Positions 22,271-35,793 of a stretch of 64,000 nucleotides of DNA are shown here, piece after piece (the first letter of the stretch is position 1; every line of letters begins with the position of its first letter). Source of the stretch: Squalus acanthias (lineage: Eukaryota); the NCBI GenBank assembly GCA_030390025.1, contig CM059432.1:74586001-74650000 (forward strand), written 5' to 3'. Under the pieces are notes generated by a model. That model did no database searches. It saw only the letters and a list, made by a program, of their open reading frames with translations, and was not told where the DNA came from. Position numbers and translations under genes: made by a program.

Positions 22271-23629
22271 TACCTCTAGAACTGCCTCCTCCAGCTGGGT
22301 CAGGTTCTGCAGCTGTGCTTGCCCCCTGCCTATTAGCTCCAGTTTGCGCTGGCCTGCAAGAGAAAGGGAAGTGTGTCAGTGAGTGTGGTGCAATCTGTTT
22401 GGGTGATGTGCTGTGCCTGTCATGGTTGATAGCTGAGTGGTTGTGAGGCTTGCAGCAGTGGTAAGTGGGTGAGGTATGAGTCATGGTTGGTAGGTGAGTG
22501 ATGGGGGTGTGGTGCAGTGTGTGAGGCTAATGGTGCAGTTGGTGGGATATGGCATTTGAAGATGCATTCACTCACCTTGACCACTTGTGTGAGGTCATTA
22601 AATTTCTTCTGGCACTGGATCCAAGTCCTGGGGGAAAGACTGGTGACACTGACCGCTTGAGTGATCTCCTCCCACTGCCTTAGAATAGTGTGTCTGCAGG
22701 GCCTCCTGGCCCCCCTGTGGTTAGAGACCTTTCTCCTCCTATAGACCCCCAGTGCTGCATCGAAGAACCAAGGTGCACTTTCTCTGCCCTGTTGTGACAT
22801 TGCTAACTTTCAGCTCTAGTCAGGATGAGGTACTCCTTTCACAAAGCACCTCCCCTTTAAGAAGAGCAGGCAGCCTTTCACTTTGCAGGCAACCCTTTAA
22901 ATACAGAGCAGATTTCCCACGTTTTTGGACCCCCTGTTGAGTGCTGAGCCAACCAGCAGCATGTTCAGCGCTTCAATCATGTTAATGAGCAGGCAGCACA
23001 AATTTTCGCGATCTTCGCGCCCGTTTTTGGGCCTTATCGAATTTAGCTCCCTAAGGTTCCACATCATCGATTCAGCCTGAGTGAGCAGCCAGAGAAGAAT
23101 CAGAATCTGGGGATAGGATGCAAAATTTTCATGTAGTAGCTTAAAAGGATGGCTTCAGTCTTGGTAATGTTAAGCTGGAGAAAGTTTTGGTTCATCCATG
23201 ATCAATGTTAGTTGGGTAGTCCAACAACAAAACAGTCAGGTGGCGCAGAGGTAAAGCTGGGTGTTGTTAGCATATGTATGACCTTAGAGACAATGTTGCT
23301 GAGAGGCAGTATGCAGATGAGGAAAAGAATGAAACTTTGGGGCATGCCAGGGGTGATTGGGTGGACATGGTAGAAGAATCCATTGCAGATAGGCCAACTA
23401 TGTTAGAAAAAGTAGGAATGGAACCATGAAATAGTGGTTCCATAGAGGTGGACCATATAGGAGAGGTGCTGGGATACAATAAAATGATTGAAGGTCACAG
23501 AGAGGATAACAAGGATGAGAAGGAATAATGTGCCTCAGCCACATTGACAGTCACATAGAACATCGTTGAAAATTTGGACCAGGCAGTCTCAGTGCTGTAG
23601 GTGGGATAGAATCCAGACTAAAAGATTCA

Positions 23630-25801
23630 AGCCTAGAAATTCGGTACCTGTGCGCGACCATTACCGCTGGTTTGCTGAAAAAAATGGCGGCTGTCTCACT
23701 TCCGGCTGCCTCAGGTTGACAGCACTGGTCCCTGAAATGTAAATGAGCCGAGTGTGACGTCAATAGGTGTGCAACACCAACTTGGCACCACGTCTGCAAA
23801 CTTCGGCATTCTCGCTGTGTTTAATGCCGGGTCCTAAGCACACTCAGAAAAGCGTGCATGAAGCAGGCCTTCAGAGATGCTGTCAGTGTTTCTTAAAGGG
23901 ACACACACATCATTCAGGTAATATAAAAGCAAAATACTGCGGATGCTGGAAATCTGAAATAATAACAGAAAATGCTGGAAATACTCAGCAGGCCAGGCAG
24001 CATCTGTGGAGAGAGAAACAGCGTTAATGTTTCAGGTCGATGACCCTTCGTCAGAACTGGAAAAAGTTGGAGATGTAACAGGTTTTTAAGCAAGTGTAGG
24101 GGCAGGGAAAGGGGGGAGGGGAGGAAAGAATAAAAGGGAAGGTCTGTGATAGGATGGAAGGCAGGAGAGATTAAAAGACAAAAGGGATGATGGTGCAAGG
24201 CAAAAGGAGATGGTAATGGGACAAGTTCAGAAACAAAAGATGAGTCTAGATGAGGTGTAAATGGCAATGGCAGAATCAGCAGCAGCTGCCATGTGAGAGA
24301 GCCTGCGGTACCAGTGACCACAACCCCAATTCCCCTTTCAACATTTGTCCCATATCTTACCTTCCCTCTGTTACTGACCATCACAGTGTCCTCTTGACCA
24401 CAATGCTGAAATAAAAGCCACCACAAAGCAAACTTTCCAATCCAACTTTATACATCTATCCATCCAATACAACATCAAGAAATCAACTAGTCGTCCTTGT
24501 GCATTCTCTTAGTGACTGTCTTGTGTGTGCCTTTGCCTATCCTACTGATGTAACACAGTGCTACCCCAGTGGCTACAGCATGGCTGGTGGAAGGCTGCTG
24601 ATTTTCAGTGGGGGACACTGCAGATGGCCTTGCAGGTTGACCTCGAGGAGCTGGTGGTTGGGAGTGTGAAACCAAGTGATGGTGTTTCTTCTTCTTCTTC
24701 TTCTTCTTCTTCTTCTTCACTCTCCTCTCCCTCTTCTTGGCCAACCACTGGCTAGGCAGGCTGAAAGGTAGAGTTGTGGTGAGGGGAGGGTGGGAAAGCA
24801 AGAGCTGCATGCTTTCACCAAGTGGACCTTGTAAATCAGAAGATATTGTGTGATGAGGGGGAAGTGGGATGTGAGAAGGAGGATAATGTATGAGGATACC
24901 GACATCTTGTATCCTTTCAGCCCCGCCGCTGGCCAAGGGCTCAGCCACGCCTCTGCCAAGAATGGGCAGCACCGTCTCCTCCAAGGGGGTGAGGTGAAGC
25001 TAGGAATGTGAGGTGCGCCTTGTGTTTGGTACAGATTGCTGGTGGGTGAGTAATGGGGGAGGGGGAGGTTGTGCACTGAGAAGTGTGTGAGGCTAGTGGT
25101 GCAGTTGTTAGGAGACAGCTTTTGAAGATGCATTCACTGACCTTGACCACTGGTCTGAGGCCATGAAACTTCTTTGGGCACTGGAGCCAGGTCATGGGGC
25201 CAACACTGCTGGTCCCACGTCATTCTTTCTGGAGGGTCTCCTGGCCCCTGTGGGTAGAGGACCTCTGTTGCAGGGTTCACCCCCTGCACAAAGCTGGAGT
25301 GCTGTGTGCGAGACCCTGGGTGCCCTTCCCTGGCTTGCTGAGTCATTTGTGTTAGTGCTGAAGCACTTTTACCATTTTTTTAGGTGCGGAAGGCAGGTCA
25401 GCTTCAAGAGTTGAACACTGCCATTTGGGAATTATTTTTAATGTTTATTTTTTTCAGAAGGCAGTTGAGATCTAAGGGCTCAAGACTGCCTATTTTTAAA
25501 TGATTTAAATTTTTTTCATTTTAGATGGCAGTTCCACTTTAAGGGACCGACACTGCTTTCTGAAATAGCTTTAAGACAACACTGCTCTTGCTGCAGAGAC
25601 GCTACGGCCACGCTACATTGGGCCTCCTGGTGAGACTACTGCCGGAAAACCAGTGTTGCACTCCAGGTTTTGCGCTGCGCTAATTTAAATTAGCAGGCAG
25701 CACCAAAATACCAGTGCTACCTGCGCTATTATTTCGGGTGGCCATTAACTTTGGCCCGTGGTGGCACTGGCAGGTTTCCGGCCTACTCCAATTTCTAGGC
25801 C
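23630..25801 (-). mobile_element. Non-autonomous Harbinger carrying Myb/SANT gene remnants, TSD TCA
   Basis: TIRs AGCCTAGAAATTCG and CCAATTTCTAGGCC; TWLQCPKKFHGL and MEETVLPILG remnants; C-terminus MHKDD. Confidence 0.8.
23925..24295 (-). mobile_element. Penelope-like element 3' end with degenerate hammerhead motif
   Basis: Reverse-complement homologue of ~53900-54120. Confidence 0.75.
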
Positions 25802-26297
25802 TCAAGCTCTAAGTGATATGCAACGTTGGCATTGGTATCAACATGCAATTCTCCAGTGATCAGCAGGCACCACTCTAGAAGGAGAAAATGAGCAGCAAAT
25901 GCACCTGTCCCAGAAGATGTGCTTTTCTGAGGTATTTGCCCAGAATCTTTAAAATGATGAAGGGATTCAATAGAGTATATACAGAAAATCTTTTTTCTCT
26001 GATGGAGGAATCCAGTACAAGGGAGCATAATCTTAAAACTAGAGCTCGGCCATTTAGGAATGAGATCAAGAAGCACTTTAACAAAGGGAAGTGGAAATCT
26101 GGAACTCTCTCCCCAAAAGGCTGTGGATGCTGGGTCAATTGAAGTTTTAAAGACTGAGATCGATAGATTCTTGCTAGGCATTGTATCAAGGGATTTACAG
26201 CAAAGTCAGGTAAATGGACTTAAGGCCATTGTCTAATTGAATAATTCGATCCAGACCTTCAAAGCATCCTACGCGCTCTCATCCCACGTACTTCTAC

Positions 26298-27881
26298 TTC
26301 TACTGCCTCCCAAAGATACACAAAGCCAACACACCCGGACGTCCTATCGTATCAGGCAACGGAACCCTGTGTGAGAACATCTCTGGATACGTCGAGGGCA
26401 TCCTGAAACCCATCGTACAGGGAACCCCCAGCTTCTGCCGTGACACCACAGACTTCTTACAGAAACTCAGCGCCCACGGACCAGTTGAACCAGGAACACT
26501 CCTCGCCACGATGGACGTATCGGCACTCTACACCAGTATCCCCCACGATGACGGCATCGCTGCGACAGCCTCAGTACTCAACACCAACAACAGCCAATCT
26601 CCAGACGCCATCCTACAACTCATCCGCTTCATCCTTGACCACAATGTCTTCACCTTCGACAACCATTTTTTTACCCAAACACACGGAACAGCCATGGGGA
26701 CCAAATTTGCACCCCAATACGCCAACATCTTCATGCACAAGTTCGAGCAAGACTTCTTCGCTGCACAGGACCTCCAACCAACGCTGTACACCAGATACAT
26801 CGACGACATTTTCTTCCTTTGGACCCATGGCGAAGGATCACTGAAAAGACTACACGATAACATAAACAAGTTCCATCCCACCATCAAACTCACCATGGAC
26901 TACTCCTCAGAATCAGTTTCATTCCTGGACACACGAATCTCCATCAAAGACGGACACCTCAGCACTTCACTCTACCGCAAGCCCACGGACAACCTCACGA
27001 TGCTCCACTTCTCCAGCTTCCACCCTAACCACGTTAAAGAAGCCATCCCCTATGGACAAGCCCTGCGAATACACAGGATCTGCTCAGATGAGGAGGAACG
27101 CGATGGACACCTACGGACGCTGAAAAACGCCCTCGTAAGAACGGGATATGACGCTCGACTCATCGATCGACAGTTCCGACGGGCCACAGCGAAAAATCGC
27201 ATAGACCTCCTCAGAAGGCAAACACGGGACACAACCAACAGGGTACCCTACGTCGTCCAGTACTTCCCCGGAGTGGAGAAACTACGCCATGTTCTTCGCA
27301 GCCTTCAACATGTCATCGATGACGACGAACACCTCGCTAAGGCCATCCCCACGCCTCCACTACTTGCCTTCAAACAGCCGCCTAACCTCAGAAGTACCAT
27401 CGTTCGCAGCAAATTACCCAGCTTTCAGGATAACAGCGACCACGACACCACACAACCCTGCCACGGCAACCTCTGCAAGACATGCCAGATCATCAACACA
27501 GATACCATCATCACACGTGAGGACACTACCCACCAGGTACATGGTACATACTCATGTGACTCGGCCAACGTTGTCTACCTCATACGTTGCAGGAAAGAAT
27601 GCACCGCGGCATGGTACATCGGCGAGACCATGCAGACACTGAGACAACGTATGAACGGACACCGCGCAACAATCACCAGGCAGGAGTGTTCCCTCCCAGT
27701 CGGGGAACACTTCAGCAGTCAAGGACATTCAGCCTCGGATCTGCGGGTAAGCGTTCTCCAAGGCGGCCTTAGAAACACACGACAACGCAAAATCATCGAG
27801 CAGAAACTGATAGCCAAGTTCCGCACTCATGAGGACGGCCTCAACCGGGATCTTGGGTTTATGTCACGATACATGACGTGA
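26298..27881 (+). CDS. Penelope RT and GIY-YIG endonuclease (5'-truncated, open frame)
   Basis: LPKIHK, GRPIVS, DVSALYTSIP, GTAMG and RYIDD motifs; Cys linker PCHGNLCKTC; VVY...YIGET. Confidence 0.9.
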   Translation, partial: FYCLPKIHKANTPGRPIVSGNGTLCENISGYVEGILKPIVQGTPSFCRDTTDFLQKLSAHGPVEPGTLLATMDVSALYTSIPHDDGIAATASVLNTNNSQSPDAILQLIRFILDHNVFTFDNHFFTQTHGTAMGTKFAPQYANIFMHKFEQDFFAAQDLQPTLYTRYIDDIFFLWTHGEGSLKRLHDNINKFHPTIKLTMDYSSESVSFLDTRISIKDGHLSTSLYRKPTDNLTMLHFSSFHPNHVKEAIPYGQALRIHRICSDEEERDGHLRTLKNALVRTGYDARLIDRQFRRATAKNRIDLLRRQTRDTTNRVPYVVQYFPGVEKLRHVLRSLQHVIDDDEHLAKAIPTPPLLAFKQPPNLRSTIVRSKLPSFQDNSDHDTTQPCHGNLCKTCQIINTDTIITREDTTHQVHGTYSCDSANVVYLIRCRKECTAAWYIGETMQTLRQRMNGHRATITRQECSLPVGEHFSSQGHSASDLRVSVLQGGLRNTRQRKIIEQKLIAKFRTHEDGLNRDLGFMSRYMT

Positions 27882-28192
27882 TCCAGACTCGAGTCGTCGT
27901 TGGCTTGTTCACAGATGTGATTCCCAGTAAAAAAGTAAAAATTTTAAAGTTTATCGTTTTACATACCGACTGCAGCTTTTGACACATTAGACCCCCTGTA
28001 ACACCACCTCATTGTCTCAGTTGTATCTTGCTATGTCTTTGATGTGGTACCTTCCTGGCTGACCTGATTGCCTTTTGTCACACCTCGGCAGATAAACAGT
28101 CAGGATGATTAAATTTAGTCGTCTGCCATTGTAAGTTACACATGCATTGTTCTCTATCTATATATGCTTTGTCGATTCTGTATTTCTTTACT

Positions 28193-28233
28193 TCACCTGA
28201 GGAAGGGGCCACGTAAGCTCCGAAAGCTTGTGA
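28193..28233 (+). ncRNA. Minimal type I hammerhead ribozyme motif
   Basis: tcac-CTGAGGA-a-ggggc/gctcc-GAAA-gctt-gtga. Confidence 0.7.
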
Positions 28234-29499
28234 TTTCAAATAAAACTGTTGGACTATAACCTGGTGTTGTGCGACTTCTCATAATTGAATGACGGAACAG
28301 GTTTGAGGGGCTGAAGGTCCTACTCCTATTCCTATATTCCTAAGCACTGAAAAGTACAGGCATATTTTCCTCTTTACCCTGGGTGTAAATTATCACCTGG
28401 TGGCGTGCATAGAGGAAAATTGTGAAGTAGGAATTACACACTTGTAATGGAGCCAGCCTGATTTTCTGTCCAATGCATTGACCTATCTCACTGTTTCATA
28501 TGCTGATGCTCAGAGTGACCAGTTTTGGAGTACTAAAGATGGTAATTAATCTTACTCTATATTCTAGCCTACCCACTGAACCCTGGAAACAGAAATAAGC
28601 ACGTCATTAGAGCATAAACCACCAGCACAGCAGACACCAGGGGCTGTTATTATGGTTTATGCACTCACCTGTTAAAAGATTTCACTCTGAAAGCTACTCT
28701 GCAGGGGGAAAAAAACAAATGTTCTGTGAAGGTACAAAACTCTTGGGAATTTTCAGCTGAGTTCTTTGGGAAACAAGGCATTTTGATGACATTAGCACGA
28801 CTGTTAATAGAGCTGCAGGCATCACATAACTAACACACAGTTAACTTCAAATAAATGCATTCCTGATTCAAGTACTGAATCCTAATGTGTCAAACCGCTT
28901 CTTAATCACACACATCATAGAGTTTCCCATCAAAGCGTAATATTTAAATGCAAAAATGTTTTATATAATGATGAGATGTTTCCCAACAGCTACGATATTT
29001 ATTGCTATTTTCAGGCCTCTATTTTGGATTGTAGGGTATAAAGACACTTTCAAAAAGTTTATAGTAATTGGGTACATGCACCAACAAGCCAAATACCATT
29101 TTCAGTTCCAACAGGTTGATTCCCTATCCATACAATTTTCACCTCTCCTTTCTGAAGAAGGTGACTCATTCCAGGGGATGGTTCCATGGACAACCAGTGC
29201 CCTCTAGTACCTTAGCCAAGTGTCCATTCCTCTGAAGAGTGAGTCTAGATTTTTCACTCGGGTAAAATCCCCAGCAGAAGTAGAATGAAGTGCGATTCAC
29301 ATCCACCAAATATAAGTCTGCTGACGCCACAATTATTCCCGGGGTATTCCCAATTAAAATATTTGTGGTACGCTCCAGGCGTTGGGAATGCCTCTGATTT
29401 GAAGCTCGCCTGTCATGTGCTGCCGTAGGATTTAAAGGGGCAGGCATTCACAAATTGGTATTCGCTGTAGAGCAGTAAGTTTTGTTTAGAAATGTTTGG

Positions 29500-29740
29500 C
29501 AGGTTTGCAGGAAAGAACTGAGCCCCTAGGTTTCCTGATGCAGCCGTGGAAGAGGTACTAAAGGAAGTCAAACAGAGAAAGCAGCCCTATTAGACACATA
29601 GCGGTACAGGGCCCCAATGAGAGCAGCACAGGGCCAATAGAAGGAGCCTGTCGGGGCAGTCAGTGCTAAAACAATCACCCCGTGCTGATAAGCCAGAGAA
29701 GGAAGACGTTGAATGACCTTATCATGTCAGGCATAGTAGG
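29500..29740 (+). pseudogene. Degraded Harbinger Myb/SANT exon
   Basis: FPDAAVEEVLKEVKQRK...RKTLNDL. Confidence 0.55.
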
Positions 29741-30065
29741 AAGAGCACCCCTTCACCTTTCAAGAATGCACAGTATTAATCATGCCTGGCATTTACAGTA
29801 ACTTCCTCTCACACTGTGTTAAAATGCTAGTTGCTTACCATCAATGCGCAAGTGGCAGCACAGGCCCCGCTACACCCCCAATTATTAACCTGGAAGTGTT
29901 CCATCACTCACAGCCTTACGTTGAATTTAATTTCTTGGTACATGCACCTCTCATCACACCCATTATATAGGCTTCATACTGGCACCTGGGTTTAACTGCA
30001 TGTCATGGGAACCAAAGTTAATTCTTACATTCTGTATTCTTTTCCAAGGACAGGACTGCCCATAA

Positions 30066-30069
<4 letters not shown>

Positions 30070-30106
<37 letters not shown>

Positions 30107-30114
30107 GAGAGAGA
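30070..30114. repeat. (TG)n(GA)n microsatellite
   Basis: Seen directly. Confidence 0.95.
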
Positions 30115-30419
30115 GCTGCAACAGGCCACAGGCCCCAAACCGCTGACCTTTCACCCCTATGAGGAAGTAGCTCCTCAAATCCTGAGAAGCAAGCCATAGC
30201 AGGTGTCAGAGATGTGGAAATAGGAAGGTGGGTGCCAGCTGTAAGCATGTCATGAACTCTTGCTTCTCTTCCGTCTTATCCTACTGCACCTGTCAGCAAA
30301 TTATATAATTCAATCTACATAACACTTTTGCTGAACTTGATATGTGGACTCTGCTCCTCAGGAACCAATTCTAATATGTCTTCCTCTTCTTCCTCTAGAT
30401 GTGCTCAAAGGAGTACAAC

Positions 30420-30630
30420 AGGTGCCAGTACTTGCACATGATACTAGTGGAGTGGCAATCTCCCCATTGCATCTGGCCAGGGAGGGAGATATGAGTCAGG
30501 CTAACAACCTGTGCACATAAAAAGGGACTTTGTTACAGAAACAAACCAGAGCATGATCTACTGGATGTAAAACAGTGGAAGGAATGGATTGCCTCATATG
30601 CTATTAGGCATGGAAGAGAGGAAGAAGACA
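30420..30630 (+). mobile_element. Short repeat, same family as 15590-15815
   Basis: Pairwise similarity between the two copies. Confidence 0.55.
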
Positions 30631-30874
30631 TCAACAAATGAGACATGAAGCCCAGGTTTACTGAGTAAGAGGTAGATCTGGTAGTAGAAGGGCTGATGGC
30701 CAGGAAGTTCCTTCTTTCAATTGGTTTTAATCATCCCAATTCATTGACCAGGAGGGAAATCAGGGAGTAGGTTGCTCAGAAGTTAAACAGAGTAACAAGG
30801 AACCAACCTGGTAAAATGTGTGGAAATGTTTTAACAATGCAAAGAAGACAGTAAAAGAGAGGATTGTGGTAGGG

Positions 30875-31095
30875 TGTGGGAGCCTCATAGTTGTGGGACA
30901 GAGGTTATAAGTTCAAATCTCACCATGGTAAGTTGTGAAATCTGCTAATTTATGGGCTAGCATCAGAAAAAATAACTATGAAAGCCCAGCTGGTTCCCTA
31001 ATGTTTTTCAGGGAAGGTAATCGGCCACCCCTATCTGGTTTGGCTTATACGTGACTCCAGTCCACACTGTATGGTGAACTCTTAATGCTCTTGGG
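30875..31095 (+). mobile_element. Degraded SINE (family of 21768)
   Basis: TGGTTCCCTAATGTTTTTCAGGGAAGG...GTGACTCCAG core. Confidence 0.6.
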
Positions 31096-34000
31096 CAAAT
31101 ACAAAACTACCAACCAAAGAGATTGAGTGAAGGAGGATTCCCAGTGATCAACATCAGCAAAAGTAAAGAGGTGGAGCTATTTTGCATGGAGAACCTTGAA
31201 GGTGTTGTTGAAGCTGAGATGGGAAGCATCACCAAGGAGTCTATTAAGCTTTATATGGCGCCTCTGTATACAACTTGTATGTAACTTACAATGTGTACAA
31301 ATATACGACTAGGGAGATGCATATGTTATTCATTACATGATGCAGCAATCTCCAATGTTGAAGCATTGCTATTTTATGCTGACATAGATGAAGTTGGGAT
31401 CATTTGGAATCCAAAGACAAACATTACCACCACACTGCACGGAGCACATCCAATATCCCGGCAGGCACCAGGACAGGGATTGTGGCACATATTCGGTCTC
31501 CCAACCCCCACAGGATTCCTCAGCAGGAAATCAAATGGATTTGCCTGCGCCAGGTCCAAGCATCACAGAGTGGAGATGGACCTTCTGTGCACCTCCAGCA
31601 TTTTCTTTTTTTCATTAGTTTTCCAACAATCACAATTTTTATTTCTTTTTACCTTTTAAGTATTGAGGTATTAAGTTTCCACTCTGTTGTATTTTGTGCG
31701 TGCAACTGTATTTTAAAAAAGAGTGTATTGTTGGAGAATATTTTCTACACAAAGTGCTCTCCCATCTTTCCTAAAACCGTAATGATTTTTCTTAGCTCAG
31801 GTACCTCCAGCTCAGCCCAGGTTTGTCTGAAGTGGCGACTCACATTACAATCAATTAACCACTTCAGCATGTGTGTGAAATTGTCCCATAACCTCACTGG
31901 AGCAGCTCAGCAGGGGAATGAAGAACTGAAATGGATGGTCAGCATGGAGCTGAAAATATATTAAAATGAGACTAGGTCCGAATAGGAAGGAGACATTTTA
32001 GTATTATTTAATGAGATACAGAGGGATTATTCCAAAAGCTATTTGCCTGAGCCTTGCACTTTTCTTTAACAAACAGAAAAATATCTTTACCTATAGGCTT
32101 CTTGAAAGGTGTAAATAGCAGCACTTGTGTTCCCCAATACATATATTAATCTCCTTTATAAGCTTTTCATCCGGTATCATTTTGAGTCTAAGTATGTATA
32201 GTTGCCAACACCCTTCGGCTCTTCCTGACCTGGCAGGAGGGTCTTGAAGCAGATTGCCTATCTGCATCACTCAAACCTTTTCAGTTCTGGCACTGGGCCC
32301 ACAGTTTTGCCTTGCAATATTGACGTTAAGTTAGAACTTGCTGTAGATCTTCACTACCCTTCACACATTGTATATCGTCCATAAAATGAATATTACAGTC
32401 CATGTTAGGGCACCTACTAATAAAAGTGAGATCCAAACAAACTTGTAATCTAAGTGGCCATACTGGAGAATTTCATGTTATTACCTATGAATTTCCTCGG
32501 ATTTTATGCCACTGTAACTTTGCCAGAAGTGCAGCAGAAACTCTGCTTCCAAGCGTTAACAGGAATTCCTCCCTCCCTACTTCCAGCAAAACCACGGTGG
32601 CTCAGAGTGGCAGAAATTCCGATTAAATTCAGGGCCTGATCTCTTTTTTTTTTATAATTTAGCTTATTTTGAGTTCAGATCGTGTGCCTGATGACATAAT
32701 TATCTCTGTTCTCCTGTAAGTAGCTCCAGTCATTATGATGGATGGTGGCTGCTATCACATAGCAGAAGCCACAATGACAATGGTACTGCCTGCAAATACA
32801 TTTTTATTAGAAATTGAACTTTTTAATAATTCTTCTAGTTATTGACCCATGTACTATGCCTGATGATGTCGCTGTAGAAGGTGCATCCATTTTCCTTGGG
32901 TTGTTGGTAGGTTCGTGGTCTACCAGTAAAAAGCAAAAAAAGTGGTCCTTTTTTAATAGCAGGTTTCCATACTGCAGTCGGAAACTGGCCTTTTAGATGA
33001 TCCCCCAGGGGTGAACAGTTATCCCTGTGCTAGGGTGCAAATGGCAGGAAGTACGTCCTATGATGTATTATCCTCATTTGCATAGCATCATAATAGGGGC
33101 GGGACTTGGCATAACTGATTCTCACCTCAAATTCTACCTCACCCACCCACAATATGTTGTTTAGGTGGCCTTTGGGCCATGGAATTCTGGGTTTTAAAAA
33201 TTGCTACTTGTGTAAGGTGCCAGAAGGCTGCTGACGCCAGTGGAACAGTATCCCTCTGACAGTCAGTGCCTTCAAGAGAGAACATTAGTTTGGAAGAATG
33301 AAAATATTCTACTGTCCTGTTGTTTCATTCCACTTCAGTCTTCCTAGAACTCATCTGATCTAAAAATTCTTGCGCAACCAAATTGTTATTTTCAGCCTTG
33401 AACCTTATTATTAGATTGAACCATATTTTGATTGCTAGAATCCTGCTTCCAGGTTACCAACCAGTTCTGGTAGACAGCTGAACACTACATTTAATACAGC
33501 ATCTGTCCTAGTTCTCTACATCACATCACATGTTTTGTTATGAAGCAGACACTGATTATATCTGTGAAATTGTATCTTCACCCGCCCTTCCTGCATCTCT
33601 CCACTTTCCTTATAGTAAATTGAAATCCTATGATTGTCACATTATGATATTCTGCATCCTCTCTTACTTGCCTAAACAGCTCTAAAGCTGTCTGTTCTTC
33701 TGTCTTGGGCAAGATGTTGAACTAATTACATTTCTGTATTTTCTAAACATTATCTGCTCCTTCATCTTGATCACAACTGTTTGCTTCCCTGTGCTATCCA
33801 AAACATTATGCCCTCTTCCCTCCAAATCTAGTTTAAATGCCATCCAATTATAATGCCCACCCACTCATTGCATTCATTTGCTTTGTTTCCTCTTCCACTG
33901 TCCATAGCCTTTCAATTTCCCACATTTAGACGAGTATGATATAGGCATTTGCCATGTTTTTTTCCATACAATAAGTTTCTGTTCTTGACCAGGTTACCTC

Positions 34001-35321
34001 TGAAAGATGCCAAACCATGGAGGGAGGTAACATTAGCGGTTGAGTCATCCTAGGCTGCTGCCATGTACTTCTAGATCCTGTTTAGTTTACCAGATCTGAT
34101 ACCTGGGAGTGGCATGTTTGCCTAGCCTCCTGAGGGGAAACCATACAAAGGGGGAGAAATAAATTTCAAAAAGGTGAAATAAAGAGATAAGAACAAAAGA
34201 AGGTGAAAAAATATAAAGTAATACTGGTCTGTGATAACTAAAGTTGAAACATGAGACAACATTGGATTATGGGATGGATAATGCAATGACAAGTGCCTAA
34301 TGGGCTGAGTGCATCGGGTACCCTCTCTCCAGAAATCTGGGCATGGAGACACGAGGTCTACAATGTACTCGAGCCACCCACGGCACTCCAATATAGGTGG
34401 CGAGGACAAAGGGTTGTGCAAGTTGTGCAATAGGTTCATTAGGCCTCTGACTTCAAAGTAACTCAGCAGCACTCCAGCCACAAAGCACCCATTTAGAACG
34501 GACACCTAAGCGGAGGCTGCCATCCCAATCCTTAAGACTGGGTTCTTAATTAATAAAAATAACATCTATACTGATCTATAATAAACTAATTGGAGAAAAG
34601 AATAGAAGCTTGTTATACGACAGCACAGTCATACATTAATGGCAAATATCCCCATCGCCTGCATTGCCTTCGTTCGATGTGATGCTTATTTAACATTACA
34701 GCACACGAAGCACAGAGAAACCGCGCTCTGTAAAAAAGTATCTAAAATAACAATTATGTGGGAGATAAAAACTAGAATCTAATCTGAGGTTTCATATGTG
34801 GTTCACAAATTCCTTGATTTGATTACAGGCTTGTAATGCCCTCCCATTCTATTATTCCATGCACAATGAAAAAATAAAGATGACAGAGTGTCATTAAGAC
34901 GTTGTACCCTCTGTTCCAAATGACATCCATTAGTATTGTCATAGGTCGTGTAACGATGATGACACAGTGCTGTAGTATTAACTGATTCTCTCCACTTGGT
35001 GTCAGTGTGCTTTGGATTTCTGAAGGTTCAGTATGCCACTAATACCGAAGGATAATGAGTTGTATTCTTTTTAGATAGCTGACTTCTTTTTAATTGGTGA
35101 GTATAACAATTCTGGGAAATTAAATATTTTTCATGAATTTAAGTAAAATTTGTTAGATGCTACAATATTTGTGCTCATTGGTTATAATCTCACAGCACTG
35201 CTCCCAGTGTGCTAATTTGTTACAGTGACAAGGGCAAATTATAATTTATAGCAGTTGATTATCACTTTAGATATGCTCCACATATCTATCACACATTTCA
35301 GATCAATGCTAAATCTACACA

Positions 35322-35778
35322 GCCATTCTCATCATCATGATCATTGAATGTCAGATAGATGATGAACAAGAAGACAAAACAATCACAGAAATGGTGAACC
35401 TCGCCACCCCATTCCACTTATTGTCATTAAATCTAATTTTTAAACTTAATATAATCAGTTACAATATACTGAACAAATGGACTTCAAATCATGTCAGTCA
35501 AGCAGTGATGTGGCTTCACTGTGCTAGGCTGAGTTTCTTAGCTGTGACATTGTAAGAAGTGCCACATAGAGCCAAGCCACTTTCCCACACAGGCTACGAC
35601 TATGCAGGACATTAGCAGAGCCTCTCCCAACCTGTCAAGGTCGCAAAAACATCCCTTAGACCCAGTTGGTCCTTTCGATGACCACACTTGTGGTGGCGAG
35701 GTTCACCATTTCTGTGATTGTTTTGTCTTCTTGTTCATCATCTATCTGACATTCAATGATCATGATGATGAGAATGGC
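35322..35778. repeat. Perfect 87-bp inverted repeat (35322-35408 / 35692-35778)
   Basis: The two arms are exact reverse complements. Confidence 0.95.
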
Positions 35779-35793
35779 CTCACAGTAGTGCTT

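Larger units (their letters stand above)
21076..23051 (+). mobile_element. Internally deleted Harbinger transposon
   Basis: Ends GGCCGTGAAATTCG and CGAATTTAGCTCCC; transposase remnant on +; Myb/SANT exons on - (22270-22800). Confidence 0.85.
17610..23629 (-). mobile_element. Old L2 LINE relic split by nested insertions
   Basis: L2-like sequence resumes colinearly across each insertion: 17610-17889, 18652-18666, 19407-21075, 23052-23629. Confidence 0.65.
26243..28281 (+). mobile_element. 5'-truncated Penelope-like retroelement (Neptune-like), 9-bp TSD TAATTGAAT
   Basis: TSD copies at 26234-26242 and 28282-28290; RT plus GIY-YIG ORF. Confidence 0.9.
25925..28345 (+). mobile_element. CR1 3' end interrupted by a Penelope insertion
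   Basis: FKMMKGFNRV...HNLKTRARPFRNE before the insertion; tail ctcctattcctatattcct after it. Confidence 0.7.

Noticed and set aside
31291-31964. Overlapping ORFs as a possible host exon
   Set aside because: No recognisable domain and no convincing splice donor; left unexplained
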